This document shows positions 38,618 to 48,367 of a stretch of DNA of 64,000 nucleotides, in pieces. A program made the position numbers and the translations under genes. Position 1 is the first letter of the stretch; each line of letters opens with the position of its first letter. This DNA comes from an uncultured Acidobacteriota bacterium. GTDB taxonomy: Bacteria > Acidobacteriota > Terriglobia > Acidiferrales > UBA7541. The notes beneath the pieces were generated by a model. That model saw only the letters and a list, made by a program, of their open reading frames with translations. It was not told where the DNA came from and searched no databases. Location: positions 220,487-284,486 of the forward strand of contig CAWIQN010000009.1 of the NCBI GenBank assembly GCA_963838265.1, in the 5' to 3' direction.

Positions 38618-40866
38618 GGCTTTGCTTCCGCCTCCGGCAAAGATTCCATCATGGTGCAGAAACGACCGAGTGTTCCGCTGGTGAATAAGGTGTCTTGCGC
38701 GGAGCGAATCAAGCCGGCGGGCACATCATACGCGCCGTGGCCATTGCGCGAAAATTGCACGCGCGAAGGCTCGGCGCCGCCGGTAAGCAGTCCCGCTGCT
38801 TGCACGTTGTAGCTGGGCACAGCCTTGCTAATCTCTTCAAATACCGCCGCCGGCGTTTTGTAGTGAAAGGCTTTGCCAAGTCCGAGTTTCTCGAGTTGGT
38901 GCGACAGAATGCGCAGCAAATCAAAATCGGTGCGCGGGCCCATGATTTCCGCGGCTTTGTGCAGCAGTTGAATTTCGCCGGAAGTGTTGGTAACCGTGCC
39001 ATCTTTTTCGTAGGCCGAAGCCGCGGGGAAAACAATGTCCGCCTGATTGGCCGTTTCCGTCAAAAACATTTCGTGCACGATCAGCAGGTCCAATTTGCCG
39101 CGGCCAAATCCCAACGTTCCGAAATGTGCCAGCGGGTTCGCGCCCATCACGTAGAGCGCTTTCAATTTTCCGGACTGCGCGGCTTCCACCATTTGTGGCG
39201 CGGTCATTCCCGCCTGCGAAGGAATCACGCCGCCCCACAACTTTTCAAAGGCTTCGCGAGCGCCGGCGTTATCCACATACGCGTAGCCCGGTAAGCGATC
39301 CGGCAGCACGCCCATGTCTGCCGCGCCGCGCGAATTGGCATAGTCGGCCAGCGCCATGTAGCGCACCTGCCCCGGCAGCTTCGAGCCGAACGCCGTGAGC
39401 AGCGCAATCGCCGCACCAGAAATTTCCGCGCCGAAGACGATGGCGACTTCTGGCTCCTGTTCAAGCGCAGCTTTTAGCGCGACGAGCCGTTCCACAAGTT
39501 CGTGGCCCAGCTGGCCTTCTTCGTGCGCCACCCAGCGCAACGCCGCGGCTTCCTGCCCCGGTGCTACCTTTACATATTGCGTGGCTTTGCGTTCCAACTT
39601 GATTTCCGCGGAGTTGATGACAAAAAGTTTACTGGCGAAGTGCCGGATGCCCGAGCGAATCTGCCAAGCCACCAGCGGATTCTGATTGGTGGGATCGTTG
39701 CCCACCAGCAGCACGGCCTTCGATTGATACAGCTGTTCCATCGTCAGCATGGCATCGCCCGCGCGGTCGCCCAGAGCGGTTACCAGGCCCGTGAAATCCG
39801 CGGTGCGATGATGATCGATGTTGTTGGTGCCGAACGTGGCGCGCGCCATGCGCTGAAACAAATAATGTTCTTCGTTGGAGGTGCGGTTCGACCCGATGAA
39901 GCCGAAGGCGTCTTTTTTGCCGGCGTCGGCGACCGCTTTGAGCTTTGCGGCGGCAGTTTGTGCGGCTTCTTCCCACGAAACGGGGTAGAGCTTGTCGCCC
40001 TTGCGTACCAAGGGCTGGCGCACGCGGTCGGGATGCCGCGTAAAATCAAAGCCAAAGCGCCCTTTGACGCACAGAAAATCCTTGTTGATCCCAGACATGT
40101 CGCGATTATTCGCCCGCATGATTTCGTGATTGCGCACGCTCAGCGTCGTTTTGCAGCCATTTGAACAGTGCGTGCAAATGGTCGAATGGTATTGCATTTC
40201 CCACGGCCGCGTCTTGTAGCGATACGTGCCGCTGGTCAGCGCTCCAACCGGGCAAATATCGATGCACATGCCGCACTCTTCGCATTCCAGATGATCTTCG
40301 CGATTGGGAATGATGATGCTGTGCGCGCCGCGCATGCCCACGCCAAGAGCCTTCACGTCCATGCCCTCGTCGCACACACGCACGCAGCGGAAACACAGAA
40401 TGCAGCGCGGGGCATCGTAGTACACCAGATCCGACCATTTTTCTTCTGGACGGTGAATTTTTTCTTCCACAAAGCGGCTGGTATCCGCGCCGTAGCGAAA
40501 GACCATGTCTTGCAATTCGCACTCGCCGCCTTTGTCACACACGGGGCAATCCAGCGGGTGATTGGTCAGCAAGAATTCCAGCATGTACTTGCGCGCGTTG
40601 CGCACTTGCTCGGAGTCCGTCTTGACCACCATGCCTTCGGTCGCGACCAGCGTGCACGCGGTCTGCAGCTTGGGCATTTTTTCCACTTCGATCAGGCACA
40701 TGCGGCATGCCGCCTGCAACGAAAGGCCCGGGTAATAGCAGAACGAAGGCACCTCGGTGCCGATGCGCCGCGTGGCCTCGATGACCAGCGTGCCGGCAGG
40801 GACTTGCGTGTCCGCGCCATTAATCTTCAGCGTTACCAGCTTCTGTTCCGTTTTCTGATCGGCCAT
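38614..40866 (-). CDS. nuoG: NADH-quinone oxidoreductase subunit G
   Basis: CY..ACRMCL..C, HPLDCPVCDKGGECELQ, CILCFRCVRVC, CEECGMCIDICPVGAL. Confidence 0.95.
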   Translation of the reverse strand: MADQKTEQKLVTLKINGADTQVPAGTLVIEATRRIGTEVPSFCYYPGLSLQAACRMCLIEVEKMPKLQTACTLVATEGMVVKTDSEQVRNARKYMLEFLLTNHPLDCPVCDKGGECELQDMVFRYGADTSRFVEEKIHRPEEKWSDLVYYDAPRCILCFRCVRVCDEGMDVKALGVGMRGAHSIIIPNREDHLECEECGMCIDICPVGALTSGTYRYKTRPWEMQYHSTICTHCSNGCKTTLSVRNHEIMRANNRDMSGINKDFLCVKGRFGFDFTRHPDRVRQPLVRKGDKLYPVSWEEAAQTAAAKLKAVADAGKKDAFGFIGSNRTSNEEHYLFQRMARATFGTNNIDHHRTADFTGLVTALGDRAGDAMLTMEQLYQSKAVLLVGNDPTNQNPLVAWQIRSGIRHFASKLFVINSAEIKLERKATQYVKVAPGQEAAALRWVAHEEGQLGHELVERLVALKAALEQEPEVAIVFGAEISGAAIALLTAFGSKLPGQVRYMALADYANSRGAADMGVLPDRLPGYAYVDNAGAREAFEKLWGGVIPSQAGMTAPQMVEAAQSGKLKALYVMGANPLAHFGTLGFGRGKLDLLIVHEMFLTETANQADIVFPAASAYEKDGTVTNTSGEIQLLHKAAEIMGPRTDFDLLRILSHQLEKLGLGKAFHYKTPAAVFEEISKAVPSYNVQAAGLLTGGAEPSRVQFSRNGHGAYDVPAGLIRSAQDTLFTSGTLGRFCTMMESLPEAEAKP

Positions 40867-40905
40867 AAAGTCGTTACCGCGAATTTCTCAGCGCATCTGC
40901 TTTTC

Positions 40906-40929
40906 GTAGGCGCGCGGCATGCCGTGCCC
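40906..40929 (+). repeat. GTAG-type REP between nuoF and nuoG
   Basis: GTAGGCGCGCGGCATGCCGTGCCC. Confidence 0.65.
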
Positions 40930-40952
40930 GGTCGTGCCGAGGAGCAGGTTGC

Positions 40953-42767
40953 TTATCTGGCTCCCAAAAGCGCATCTACATTTTTATAAGCGCAGCGGCC
41001 CTGCAAGTGATCCTCAAATTCATTGCGCCACTTTTCCACGATGCTGATCGTCGGCATCGCTGCCGCATCGCCCAGCGCACAAAAAGTTCTGCCCAGCATA
41101 TTCTTGGACAATTCCAGAACGTTAGTAATGTCCGCCGCTGTGCCGTACCCGGCGTGAAAGCGGTCCAGCATCTTCATCAGCCAGGACGTGCCCTCGCGGC
41201 AGGGAATGCACCAGCCGCAGGATTCGTGCGCGTAGAAATGCATTACGCGGCGCGCCATGTCCACCATGCAGGTGTCTTCGTCCATCACCACCATGCCGCC
41301 GGAGCCAAGCATCGAGCCAGCTTTGGCCAGCGAATCGAAATCCATCGGAATATCGATCTCGTCCGCGGTAAGAAACGGGCAAGAGCTGCCGCCGGGAATC
41401 ACCGCTTTCAATTTCTTTCCGCCGGGAATGCCGCCCACCACCTCGTAGATAAACTTCTTCATGTTCAGGCCGAGCGGAACTTCGTAAATTCCCGGCTTGA
41501 CCACATGACCGGAGACGCACAGCATGCGCGTGCCGCCATTCTTGGGCGTGCCCAGGGCCGCGTACGCGTCGCCGCCCATGCGAATAATCGCCGGCACGGA
41601 ACTCAGAGTCTCCGCGTTATTAATGACCGTTGGGCAACCATACAACCCCACCACGGCAGGGAAGGGCGGCTTGATGCGCGGGTTGCCGCGCTTGCCTTCC
41701 AGCGATTCCATCAGCGCCGATTCTTCGCCGCATTCGTACGCGCCGGCGCCGGTGTGAGTGATCAAATCAAAGTCAAATCCCGTGCCGAGAATATTTTTGC
41801 CTACGTAGCCGCGCTCATACGCTTCCGCCAACGCGATGTCCATAATGTCCAGCACGTAACGGTATTCGCCGCGAATATAAATGAAGCCCTCGTGCGCGCC
41901 AAACGCGCGGCCGGCAATCACCATGCCCTCGATCAGCTGGTGCGGATCGAGCTCCATCAATGGGCGATCCTTGCAGCTGCCGGGTTCCGACTCGTCCGCA
42001 TTGCAGATCAAATATTTCGGCTTGGGCGAATCTTTCGGCACGAACGACCACTTCATGCCCGTCGGAAAGCCCGCGCCGCCGCGTCCGCGCAGCCCCGATT
42101 TCTTGACGTCCTCGATGATCTGCTCGGGCGCCATCTCTTTCAGCGCCTTTTCGAGCGCCTGATAGCCTTCATTCTGAATATAGGTGTCGATCTTGCGCGA
42201 ATTGGGTATGCCCCAGCGCTTGCTGATCACCGGAATCTCAAGCGGACTGCGCGGATGCAGCGCCCCGGAGGTTACCGGCTCGTGATCCGGCTTGCGCCCG
42301 GCATCCAGCGTTTCGATGATGCGGTCAAATCGTAGCGGGGTGAGATTCTCGTAAAAATCGTAGTTCACCTGCATCGCGGGTGCGCCGGTGCAGGCGCCGA
42401 TACACTCCACTTCTTCCAGCGAGAATATGCCGTCTGAAGTAACTTCCTTGTTGCCGATGTTCAGCCGCTTTTTCGCGCGATCCAGCAGTTCATTTCCCCC
42501 GCGCAGCATGCACGCCACGTTGGTGCATACCTGCACGTGATTCTTGCCCCAGGGCTTGCGGTGCAGCATGGAGTAGTACGCCAGCGTTTCTTCCACCTGC
42601 ACTTCGTGCAAGTCCAGGCGCCTGGCAATTTCCGTCACCATTTCGTCGCTGATGACGCCATATTCATCTTGCGCGTACATCAGCATCGGAATCAGCGCGC
42701 TGCGCTTCACCGGATAGCTCGTCTGCAACTTTTCAAACTTCGCCGCAAGTTGTGGTGAAAGTTCCAT
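40953..42767 (-). CDS. nuoEF: Fused NADH-quinone oxidoreductase subunits E and F
   Basis: The N-terminal ~160 aa carry CTNVAC...CIGAC (NuoE). These are followed in frame by GRGGAGFPTG, NADESEPG, AGAYECGEE and SCGWCIPCREG...CALG (NuoF). Confidence 0.92.
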   Translation of the reverse strand: MELSPQLAAKFEKLQTSYPVKRSALIPMLMYAQDEYGVISDEMVTEIARRLDLHEVQVEETLAYYSMLHRKPWGKNHVQVCTNVACMLRGGNELLDRAKKRLNIGNKEVTSDGIFSLEEVECIGACTGAPAMQVNYDFYENLTPLRFDRIIETLDAGRKPDHEPVTSGALHPRSPLEIPVISKRWGIPNSRKIDTYIQNEGYQALEKALKEMAPEQIIEDVKKSGLRGRGGAGFPTGMKWSFVPKDSPKPKYLICNADESEPGSCKDRPLMELDPHQLIEGMVIAGRAFGAHEGFIYIRGEYRYVLDIMDIALAEAYERGYVGKNILGTGFDFDLITHTGAGAYECGEESALMESLEGKRGNPRIKPPFPAVVGLYGCPTVINNAETLSSVPAIIRMGGDAYAALGTPKNGGTRMLCVSGHVVKPGIYEVPLGLNMKKFIYEVVGGIPGGKKLKAVIPGGSSCPFLTADEIDIPMDFDSLAKAGSMLGSGGMVVMDEDTCMVDMARRVMHFYAHESCGWCIPCREGTSWLMKMLDRFHAGYGTAADITNVLELSKNMLGRTFCALGDAAAMPTISIVEKWRNEFEDHLQGRCAYKNVDALLGAR

Positions 42768-42822
42768 ATTCGTTTATGAAATTCCTGTAAATCTCAAACG
42801 CCGCCGAACCATTCCGTTGTTT

Positions 42823-44019
42823 CTATCGGTCTACTTCGCCGAGCACAATATCAATCGTTCCGATACACGCCACCACATCTGAAATCAACTGCCCTTCCGT
42901 CAACTTCGGAAGTGCCTGCAAATTGATGAACGACGGCGACCGGAAATGCACACGCAGCGGTTTCGCCGAGCCATCGCTGGCCACGAAGCATCCCAGCTCC
43001 CCGCGCGGCGATTCCACAGCCACAAAGGCTTCTCCCGGTGGCGGCGCAAATCCCTCGGTAAAAATTTTGAAGTGGTAGATAAGCGCTTCCATCTCCGTCT
43101 TCATCTTTTCGCGCGCTGGCGGCACGATGCCCGGCGCCTCGGAGCGAATCGGCCCTTGATCCGCAATCTTGTCGAAGGCCTGCCGCACGATCTTCAAACT
43201 CTCGCGCATCTCCGCCACGCGCACCATATACCGGCCGAAGCAATCCGAATCCGTCCGCGTCGGAACGTCAAACTCAAACTCTTCGTAGCTCGAATACGGA
43301 AACATCCTGCGATTGTCGTAGGCCAGCCCGGAAGCGCGCAGCGTCGGCCCGGTCATGCTCAGTGCAACCGCGTCTTCCGTCGATATATAACCAATCCCCT
43401 GCGTACGGCCCATCCAGATGCGATTTTTCGTCAACAGCGTCTCGTAGTCGTCCACGCGGCTGGGCATCATTTTCAAAAACTTGTCGATGGCTGCGCGCCA
43501 GCCTGCCGGAGGCTCCAGCGCCAACCCGCCGATGCGGAAATAGCTGGTCATCATGCGCTGTCCGGCGAACAGCTCAAAAATCTTCAGAATCTCTTCGCGT
43601 TCCCGGAAACAGTAAAGAAAAACGGACATCGCGCCCAAATCGATGGCGTGCGTCCCCAGCCACACCAGGTGCGACGAAATGCGCTGCAGCTCCACCAGCA
43701 TCACGCGGACATATTGCGCGCGCTTCGGAACTTCGAGGCCCAGCAATTTTTCCACCGCCAGGCAGTACACCAGGTTGTTGCCCAGCGGATTCAAATAATC
43801 CATCCGGTCCGTAAGCGTGATGGCTTGCGAATACGTTTTGTCTTCGCAGGATTTTTCAATGCCGGTGTGCAGATACCCCAGATCGGGCACCGCTTTCACC
43901 ACCGTTTCGCCGTCCAGCTCCAGCGCGATGCGCAACACCCCGTGCGTTGAGGGATGCTGCGGACCCATGTTCAAAACCATGGTCTTCGCTGTGCCGATCG
44001 GTGTTTCGACGGTGGTCAT
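42823..44019 (-). CDS. nuoD: NADH-quinone oxidoreductase subunit D
   Basis: NMGPQHPSTHGVLR, GYLHTG, DRMDY, ESPRGE, DIVLGEVDR. Start moved to 44019. Confidence 0.96.
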   Translation of the reverse strand: MTTVETPIGTAKTMVLNMGPQHPSTHGVLRIALELDGETVVKAVPDLGYLHTGIEKSCEDKTYSQAITLTDRMDYLNPLGNNLVYCLAVEKLLGLEVPKRAQYVRVMLVELQRISSHLVWLGTHAIDLGAMSVFLYCFREREEILKIFELFAGQRMMTSYFRIGGLALEPPAGWRAAIDKFLKMMPSRVDDYETLLTKNRIWMGRTQGIGYISTEDAVALSMTGPTLRASGLAYDNRRMFPYSSYEEFEFDVPTRTDSDCFGRYMVRVAEMRESLKIVRQAFDKIADQGPIRSEAPGIVPPAREKMKTEMEALIYHFKIFTEGFAPPPGEAFVAVESPRGELGCFVASDGSAKPLRVHFRSPSFINLQALPKLTEGQLISDVVACIGTIDIVLGEVDR

Positions 44020-44540
44020 ACGGTTGGCTTTCTGAACGCCGGAATATAGGTAGACGGCACGTCGCGGAATCCCTGCGTCGGGAAGTCGCGCCGCAGCGGA
44101 TGGCCTTCCCAATCGTCGGGCAGCAAAATGCGCCGCAAATCCGGATGCCCAGTAAACTGAATCCCAAACAGATCGAAAATTTCGCGTTCCAGCCAGCCCG
44201 CTCCCGGCCACACCGGGACCAGCGTGTCCACCACCGGATCGCTGCCGGAAAGTTTTGTTTTTAATCGCAGACGGTCGCGGCGGGGAATCGATACCAGGTG
44301 ATAGTTCACTTCGAAGCGCGGTTCCATCGGATAACGATCCACGCAGGTGGCGTCCGTGAGCAAATTGTATTGCAGCTCTTGGTCCTCGCGACACCGCGCG
44401 GCCGTTTCGCGCAGGAGTTCGCGCGGCACCACGATGGTGGTCTCGCCGCGAAATTCAATCACTTCCGCCACCGCGCGGCCATTCCAGGCACGCAGGTGCT
44501 CGACCACAAAATTAGCGTTCTGGCTGGTATTCTCGCTCAC
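44016..44540 (-). CDS. nuoC: NADH-quinone oxidoreductase subunit C
   Basis: RFEVNYHL, WLEREIFDLFG..GHPDLRRIL..GHPLRRDFP. Confidence 0.95.
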   Translation of the reverse strand: MSENTSQNANFVVEHLRAWNGRAVAEVIEFRGETTIVVPRELLRETAARCREDQELQYNLLTDATCVDRYPMEPRFEVNYHLVSIPRRDRLRLKTKLSGSDPVVDTLVPVWPGAGWLEREIFDLFGIQFTGHPDLRRILLPDDWEGHPLRRDFPTQGFRDVPSTYIPAFRKPTV

Positions 44541-44573
44541 GTCTTGAGTGCTTTTCCGAAACAGAGTAGGCGG

Positions 44574-44945
44574 CTATTTGTGCCAGTCCAGCGCGCCTTT
44601 TTTCCAGAGATACACGTAGCCAACCATCAGAATCGCGATATACAACATCATTTCCGCAAAGCCGAACCAGCGTAAAGAACGAAACACAAAAGCCCAGGGA
44701 TATAGAAAAATGGCCTCCACATCGAACAAAATGAAAACCATGGCCACCAGGTAGAACCGTACGGAAAAGGGTTGCCGCGCGTCGCCCGTCGGCACCATGC
44801 CGCATTCGTAGGCTTGTTGTTTGGCCTTACTGGGCCTGCGCCAGCCCACCAGCACGGACATCGCGCTTATCGCGCTCGCAAGAAACACCGCGATGAGCAG
44901 GTGTAAAAGAAGCGGAGTATAGACTTGTATGCCTGAATCGCTCAT
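44574..44945 (-). CDS. nuoA: NADH-quinone oxidoreductase subunit A
   Basis: YECG, FYLVAMVFILFDVEAIFLYPWA, YLWKKGALDW. Confidence 0.95.
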   Translation of the reverse strand: MSDSGIQVYTPLLLHLLIAVFLASAISAMSVLVGWRRPSKAKQQAYECGMVPTGDARQPFSVRFYLVAMVFILFDVEAIFLYPWAFVFRSLRWFGFAEMMLYIAILMVGYVYLWKKGALDWHK

Positions 44946-45048
44946 GGCGAAGGGTTATAATAGCCATTCGAGGGCAGCCGGTCAAATGCCGCGAAAAAAT
45001 TAACAATCTTCAAAGACGGACGGTCTTGGGACGAAAGCGAATAGCAAA

Positions 45049-45894
45049 ATGGTGTTTGGTCACAATTCGAATGTAAAGGTCGGCGAGACCACTTTTCACG
45101 TGCAAACGGAGGATCGCGGCGTCACCACCGCGCTGATCGATACCACCGTTTACTACATGGGCCGGGTGATGCATCGCCGCGCCAACAATTATCACGATTT
45201 GATTCCACTCGATCCAGACCGCGAAGAGGCGCTGCGTTTGCGCCTGGACGAGCAGCACCGCTCCACGCTGGAAGACATTCGTTCTGGCGCGCTGTATTTG
45301 GCGCCGCCACCGCCGCCGGCCTCAGCCGCGCCGAAAGAAGCGCACGTTCCTGTTTCACGCGCGCCGGAAACGCGCAAAGAAGCGCCGTCCGAAAACGTCG
45401 CGGCTTCGCCAAGCGCCAATGGCGCAATGGGGAGAGCAACGGGCGTGACGGGCTTGAGCGGCGCATCGGGATCGAACGGCGCAACCGCCAGCATTGCGGG
45501 CGGAGTCGCGGCCGGTAGCGTTGTCAGTGGTGCCGTTGCGAAAAATCCCGCTGATCCAACTTCGTCCGCATTGAAGCTGGAATTGCGCAACGCGCAATCC
45601 TGGCTCTCCGGCAAACAAGCCAAACTCGAAATTAGCGTTTCGTCGCCGACCGGAGAGCCCCTAGCCGACGCCAAGGTGACCGCTTACGTGGAAGGTGCCG
45701 CCACCCCCGAGCAATATTTCGGCGAAACAGACGCCCACGGACACGCGCAAATTAGTTTCACGATGCCCCGTTTATCCGGCGCCCAGGTGGCGCTGGTGAT
45801 TGAAGCCGAGCGCGATCACGGCGCGCCCATGTCCCGTGCCAAAGCCCACGGAAAATTACGCTTCGCGTTGCGCAGCAAGCCGCGTCCAGCCTAG
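45049..45894 (+). CDS. Hypothetical protein (two domains joined by a Pro/Ala/Gly linker)
   Basis: Ordered-looking N-terminus (FHVQTEDRG...), low-complexity middle and beta-rich C-terminus; divergent from nuoA. Confidence 0.65.
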   Translation: MVFGHNSNVKVGETTFHVQTEDRGVTTALIDTTVYYMGRVMHRRANNYHDLIPLDPDREEALRLRLDEQHRSTLEDIRSGALYLAPPPPPASAAPKEAHVPVSRAPETRKEAPSENVAASPSANGAMGRATGVTGLSGASGSNGATASIAGGVAAGSVVSGAVAKNPADPTSSALKLELRNAQSWLSGKQAKLEISVSSPTGEPLADAKVTAYVEGAATPEQYFGETDAHGHAQISFTMPRLSGAQVALVIEAERDHGAPMSRAKAHGKLRFALRSKPRPA

Positions 45895-45920
45895 CGAAGC
45901 GCCGCAACCAATTGCTGGGA

Positions 45921-46133
45921 CTAGCCGCCGCCCACGAACTGCACAATCTCATAGCGATCGCCAGCCTCAACCATGGTGTCCCGCCAATGCGGCCGCGGCA
46001 CAATCAGCAAGTTTCGCTCCACGGCCACGCGCCCGCCTTCCAGCCCCAGCTCGCGCAATAATTCCGTAACCGTCGCGCCCGCTTTTGCCGCGCGCGCTTC
46101 ACCATTCACCACGATTTGTACGGACTCTTCCAT
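45921..46133 (-). CDS. thiS: Sulfur carrier protein ThiS
   Basis: IVVNGE, VAVERN, EIVQFVGGG C-terminus. Confidence 0.88.
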   Translation of the reverse strand: MEESVQIVVNGEARAAKAGATVTELLRELGLEGGRVAVERNLLIVPRPHWRDTMVEAGDRYEIVQFVGGG

Positions 46134-46184
46134 GGGCGCCACCCCGTTACAACTTTACAGCTCATTACAGCTCATTACGACTCG

Positions 46185-46820
46185 TCACAGCCCATCCAGA
46201 ATATGCCCCATCTTCGCTTTCTTCGTCTGCATGTATGCCCGCGAAATCTTCGAAATGCGCGGCTGACACGGCACCCGCTCCACCACGCGAATCCCCGACG
46301 CCTCGAGCTGCCGCACCTTTTCCGGATTGTTGGACAGCAGGCGAATTTTCCTCGCGCCCAGCTGTTTCAAAACCTGCCCGGAAAAATCATAATCCCGCAC
46401 ATCCGCCGCGAATCCCAATTTCTCGTTGGCCTCGACGGTATCCATCCCGCCGTCCTGCAACTCATAAGCGCGCAACTTATTCATCAACCCAATCCCGCGT
46501 CCCTCTTGCGGCAAATACAAAAGTATCCCGCTCCCCGCCTTCGCAATCTTCTTCAGCGAAAGCTCCAGCTGCGCCCGGCAATCGCAACGCAGCGAAGCCA
46601 GCACATCCCCGGTCAAACATTGCGAGTGAATTCGCACCAAAGGCGCGCTCTTGCCTTTGATCTTCCCATGCACCAGCGCCACCGCCTCTTCCATCGGCCC
46701 GCGCCCCGCAAATCCGTGAATCGTAAACTTCCCGAATCGCGAAGGCAGCGCCGCCTGCGCCACTTCCTTTAGCTTTAGAGTCTTCCCGCCGCGCTTCCGT
46801 TTGTGTAGTTTGCCCGTCAT
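46185..46820 (-). CDS. ribA: GTP cyclohydrolase II
   Basis: VRIHSQCLTGD..SLRCDC, QEGRGIGL.NKLRAY.LQD, LLSNNPEK. Start uncertain. Confidence 0.93.
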   Translation of the reverse strand: MTGKLHKRKRGGKTLKLKEVAQAALPSRFGKFTIHGFAGRGPMEEAVALVHGKIKGKSAPLVRIHSQCLTGDVLASLRCDCRAQLELSLKKIAKAGSGILLYLPQEGRGIGLMNKLRAYELQDGGMDTVEANEKLGFAADVRDYDFSGQVLKQLGARKIRLLSNNPEKVRQLEASGIRVVERVPCQPRISKISRAYMQTKKAKMGHILDGL

Positions 46821-46977
46821 GTGGAACAAGAAGTATAGCAGGTGGTGCTCTGCGCGAAAATTTACACCGCAGCGCCACAAAAGATCGCACGTTCATCCTT
46901 TCCTGTACCTCCTTTACTTCCTTTATCTCCTCTACCTCCTTTCCATGCGCTAAACTGAAACCCGCCGGAAAACTCAA

Positions 46978-48297
46978 TTGGACGCCCCCACATCAGTCCG
47001 CGATTTGCTATTCACCTTGTTGCTCAAGGTCGGGGTAGCCGCGTCCATCGCCGCCCTGCTAGCCCGCTGGAACACCTTCCGCCGCGTGCTCTTCACCGAA
47101 GAGCGCGACCCCGACCAAAAGCTAAAATTAATGTTGTTCATGACGCCGCCGCTGATCGTCGGCGTCACGCTGCGTCTGGTCGGCTACCAATATCGCTTCG
47201 CCGACTTGTCGCTCGAAGGCGCGTTCCTCATGGGCCTCCTCGGCGGACGCGTGGTCGGCCCCATCGGTGGCGCCATCATCACCATCCCCGCCCTGATTTT
47301 TCACGAGTGGCTGGCTATGCCCGCCGCCGCCGCCGCGGGATTGCTCGGCGGCCTAATCCGTCAAGCCATCCCCAACAAAGAAGACCTCTGGAATTTCGGC
47401 CCCTTCACATTTCTAAATATTCCGAAAGCGGTTGTCCGCCTGATGACCCGCGCCGAACTTTTCTGGGAAATGGCGCCATTGATGGCCTGCGTAGGCTTGG
47501 AACTCGGCCGCGTAGCCTTAGTCTCCGCCACCACGCCGAAATGGCTTTTCGCCATAGACCCGCACTGGGACTGGTGGCTGGGCCTCACGGTAATCGCCAC
47601 GCTGATGGCCGTCGCCGCACCGCTCAAAATTTGGAACAACACCCGCATCGAAATGAATCTTGAGCGTCACCAGCAACTCCTGCTGAAAGCCCGCATGGAC
47701 GCGCTCTCCAGCCAGATCAATCCACATTTTCTTTTCAACACGCTCAACACGGTCTCCGCGCTAATCCGCTTCGATCCAGACACCGCGCGCGGCGTCGTCC
47801 TAAAGCTCAGCAACATCCTCCGCCGTCTGCTTCGCAAGCACGAAACTTTCGTTCCGCTACGTGAAGAACTCGAATTCATCGACAACTACCTGGATATCGA
47901 AGTCGCCCGCTTCGGCCGAGACAACCTGGACATCGTCAAGCAACTCGACGACGACACCCTCGAGACCTTCGTCCCCAGCATGCTCTTGCAACCAATCGTG
48001 GAAAATTGCCTCAAGCACGGTCTCGCGCCCAAACTCGAAGGCGGCAAAATCCAGCTCCGCACCACTCATCGCGACGGCCGCCTGCACGTGGAAATCGAAG
48101 ACAACGGCGTCGGCATCTCCGAAGAAAAAATGCCCCACGTCTACGTCGAGGGCATTGGCCTAAGCAACGTGCGCGAACGCCTGCGCGTCCTCTACGGCAC
48201 CGATTTTAATTTGGACATTCAGAGCCGCCCGGGCGAAGGCACCATCATCCGCATCGACATCCCCGAAGTAGTAGCCACCATGCAGTCCGTCCGCTAA
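46978..48297 (+). CDS. LytS/YehU-type membrane sensor histidine kinase
   Basis: Multi-TM N-terminus; ALSSQINPHFLFNTLN, LQPIVENCLKHG, EDNGVG, GIGLSNVRERL. Confidence 0.88.
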   Translation: MDAPTSVRDLLFTLLLKVGVAASIAALLARWNTFRRVLFTEERDPDQKLKLMLFMTPPLIVGVTLRLVGYQYRFADLSLEGAFLMGLLGGRVVGPIGGAIITIPALIFHEWLAMPAAAAAGLLGGLIRQAIPNKEDLWNFGPFTFLNIPKAVVRLMTRAELFWEMAPLMACVGLELGRVALVSATTPKWLFAIDPHWDWWLGLTVIATLMAVAAPLKIWNNTRIEMNLERHQQLLLKARMDALSSQINPHFLFNTLNTVSALIRFDPDTARGVVLKLSNILRRLLRKHETFVPLREELEFIDNYLDIEVARFGRDNLDIVKQLDDDTLETFVPSMLLQPIVENCLKHGLAPKLEGGKIQLRTTHRDGRLHVEIEDNGVGISEEKMPHVYVEGIGLSNVRERLRVLYGTDFNLDIQSRPGEGTIIRIDIPEVVATMQSVR

Positions 48298-48307
48298 GGA
48301 TGCCCTT

Positions 48308-48347
48308 GTAGGGGCGCAGCATGCTGCGCCCCAGCTTGCCCGGGCGA
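48308..48347 (+). repeat. GTAG-type REP, extended class
   Basis: GTAGGGGCGCAGCATGCTGCGCCCCAGCTTGCCCGGGCGA. Confidence 0.8.
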
Positions 48348-48367
48348 TTACGTCGAGAGCCGTTTGT

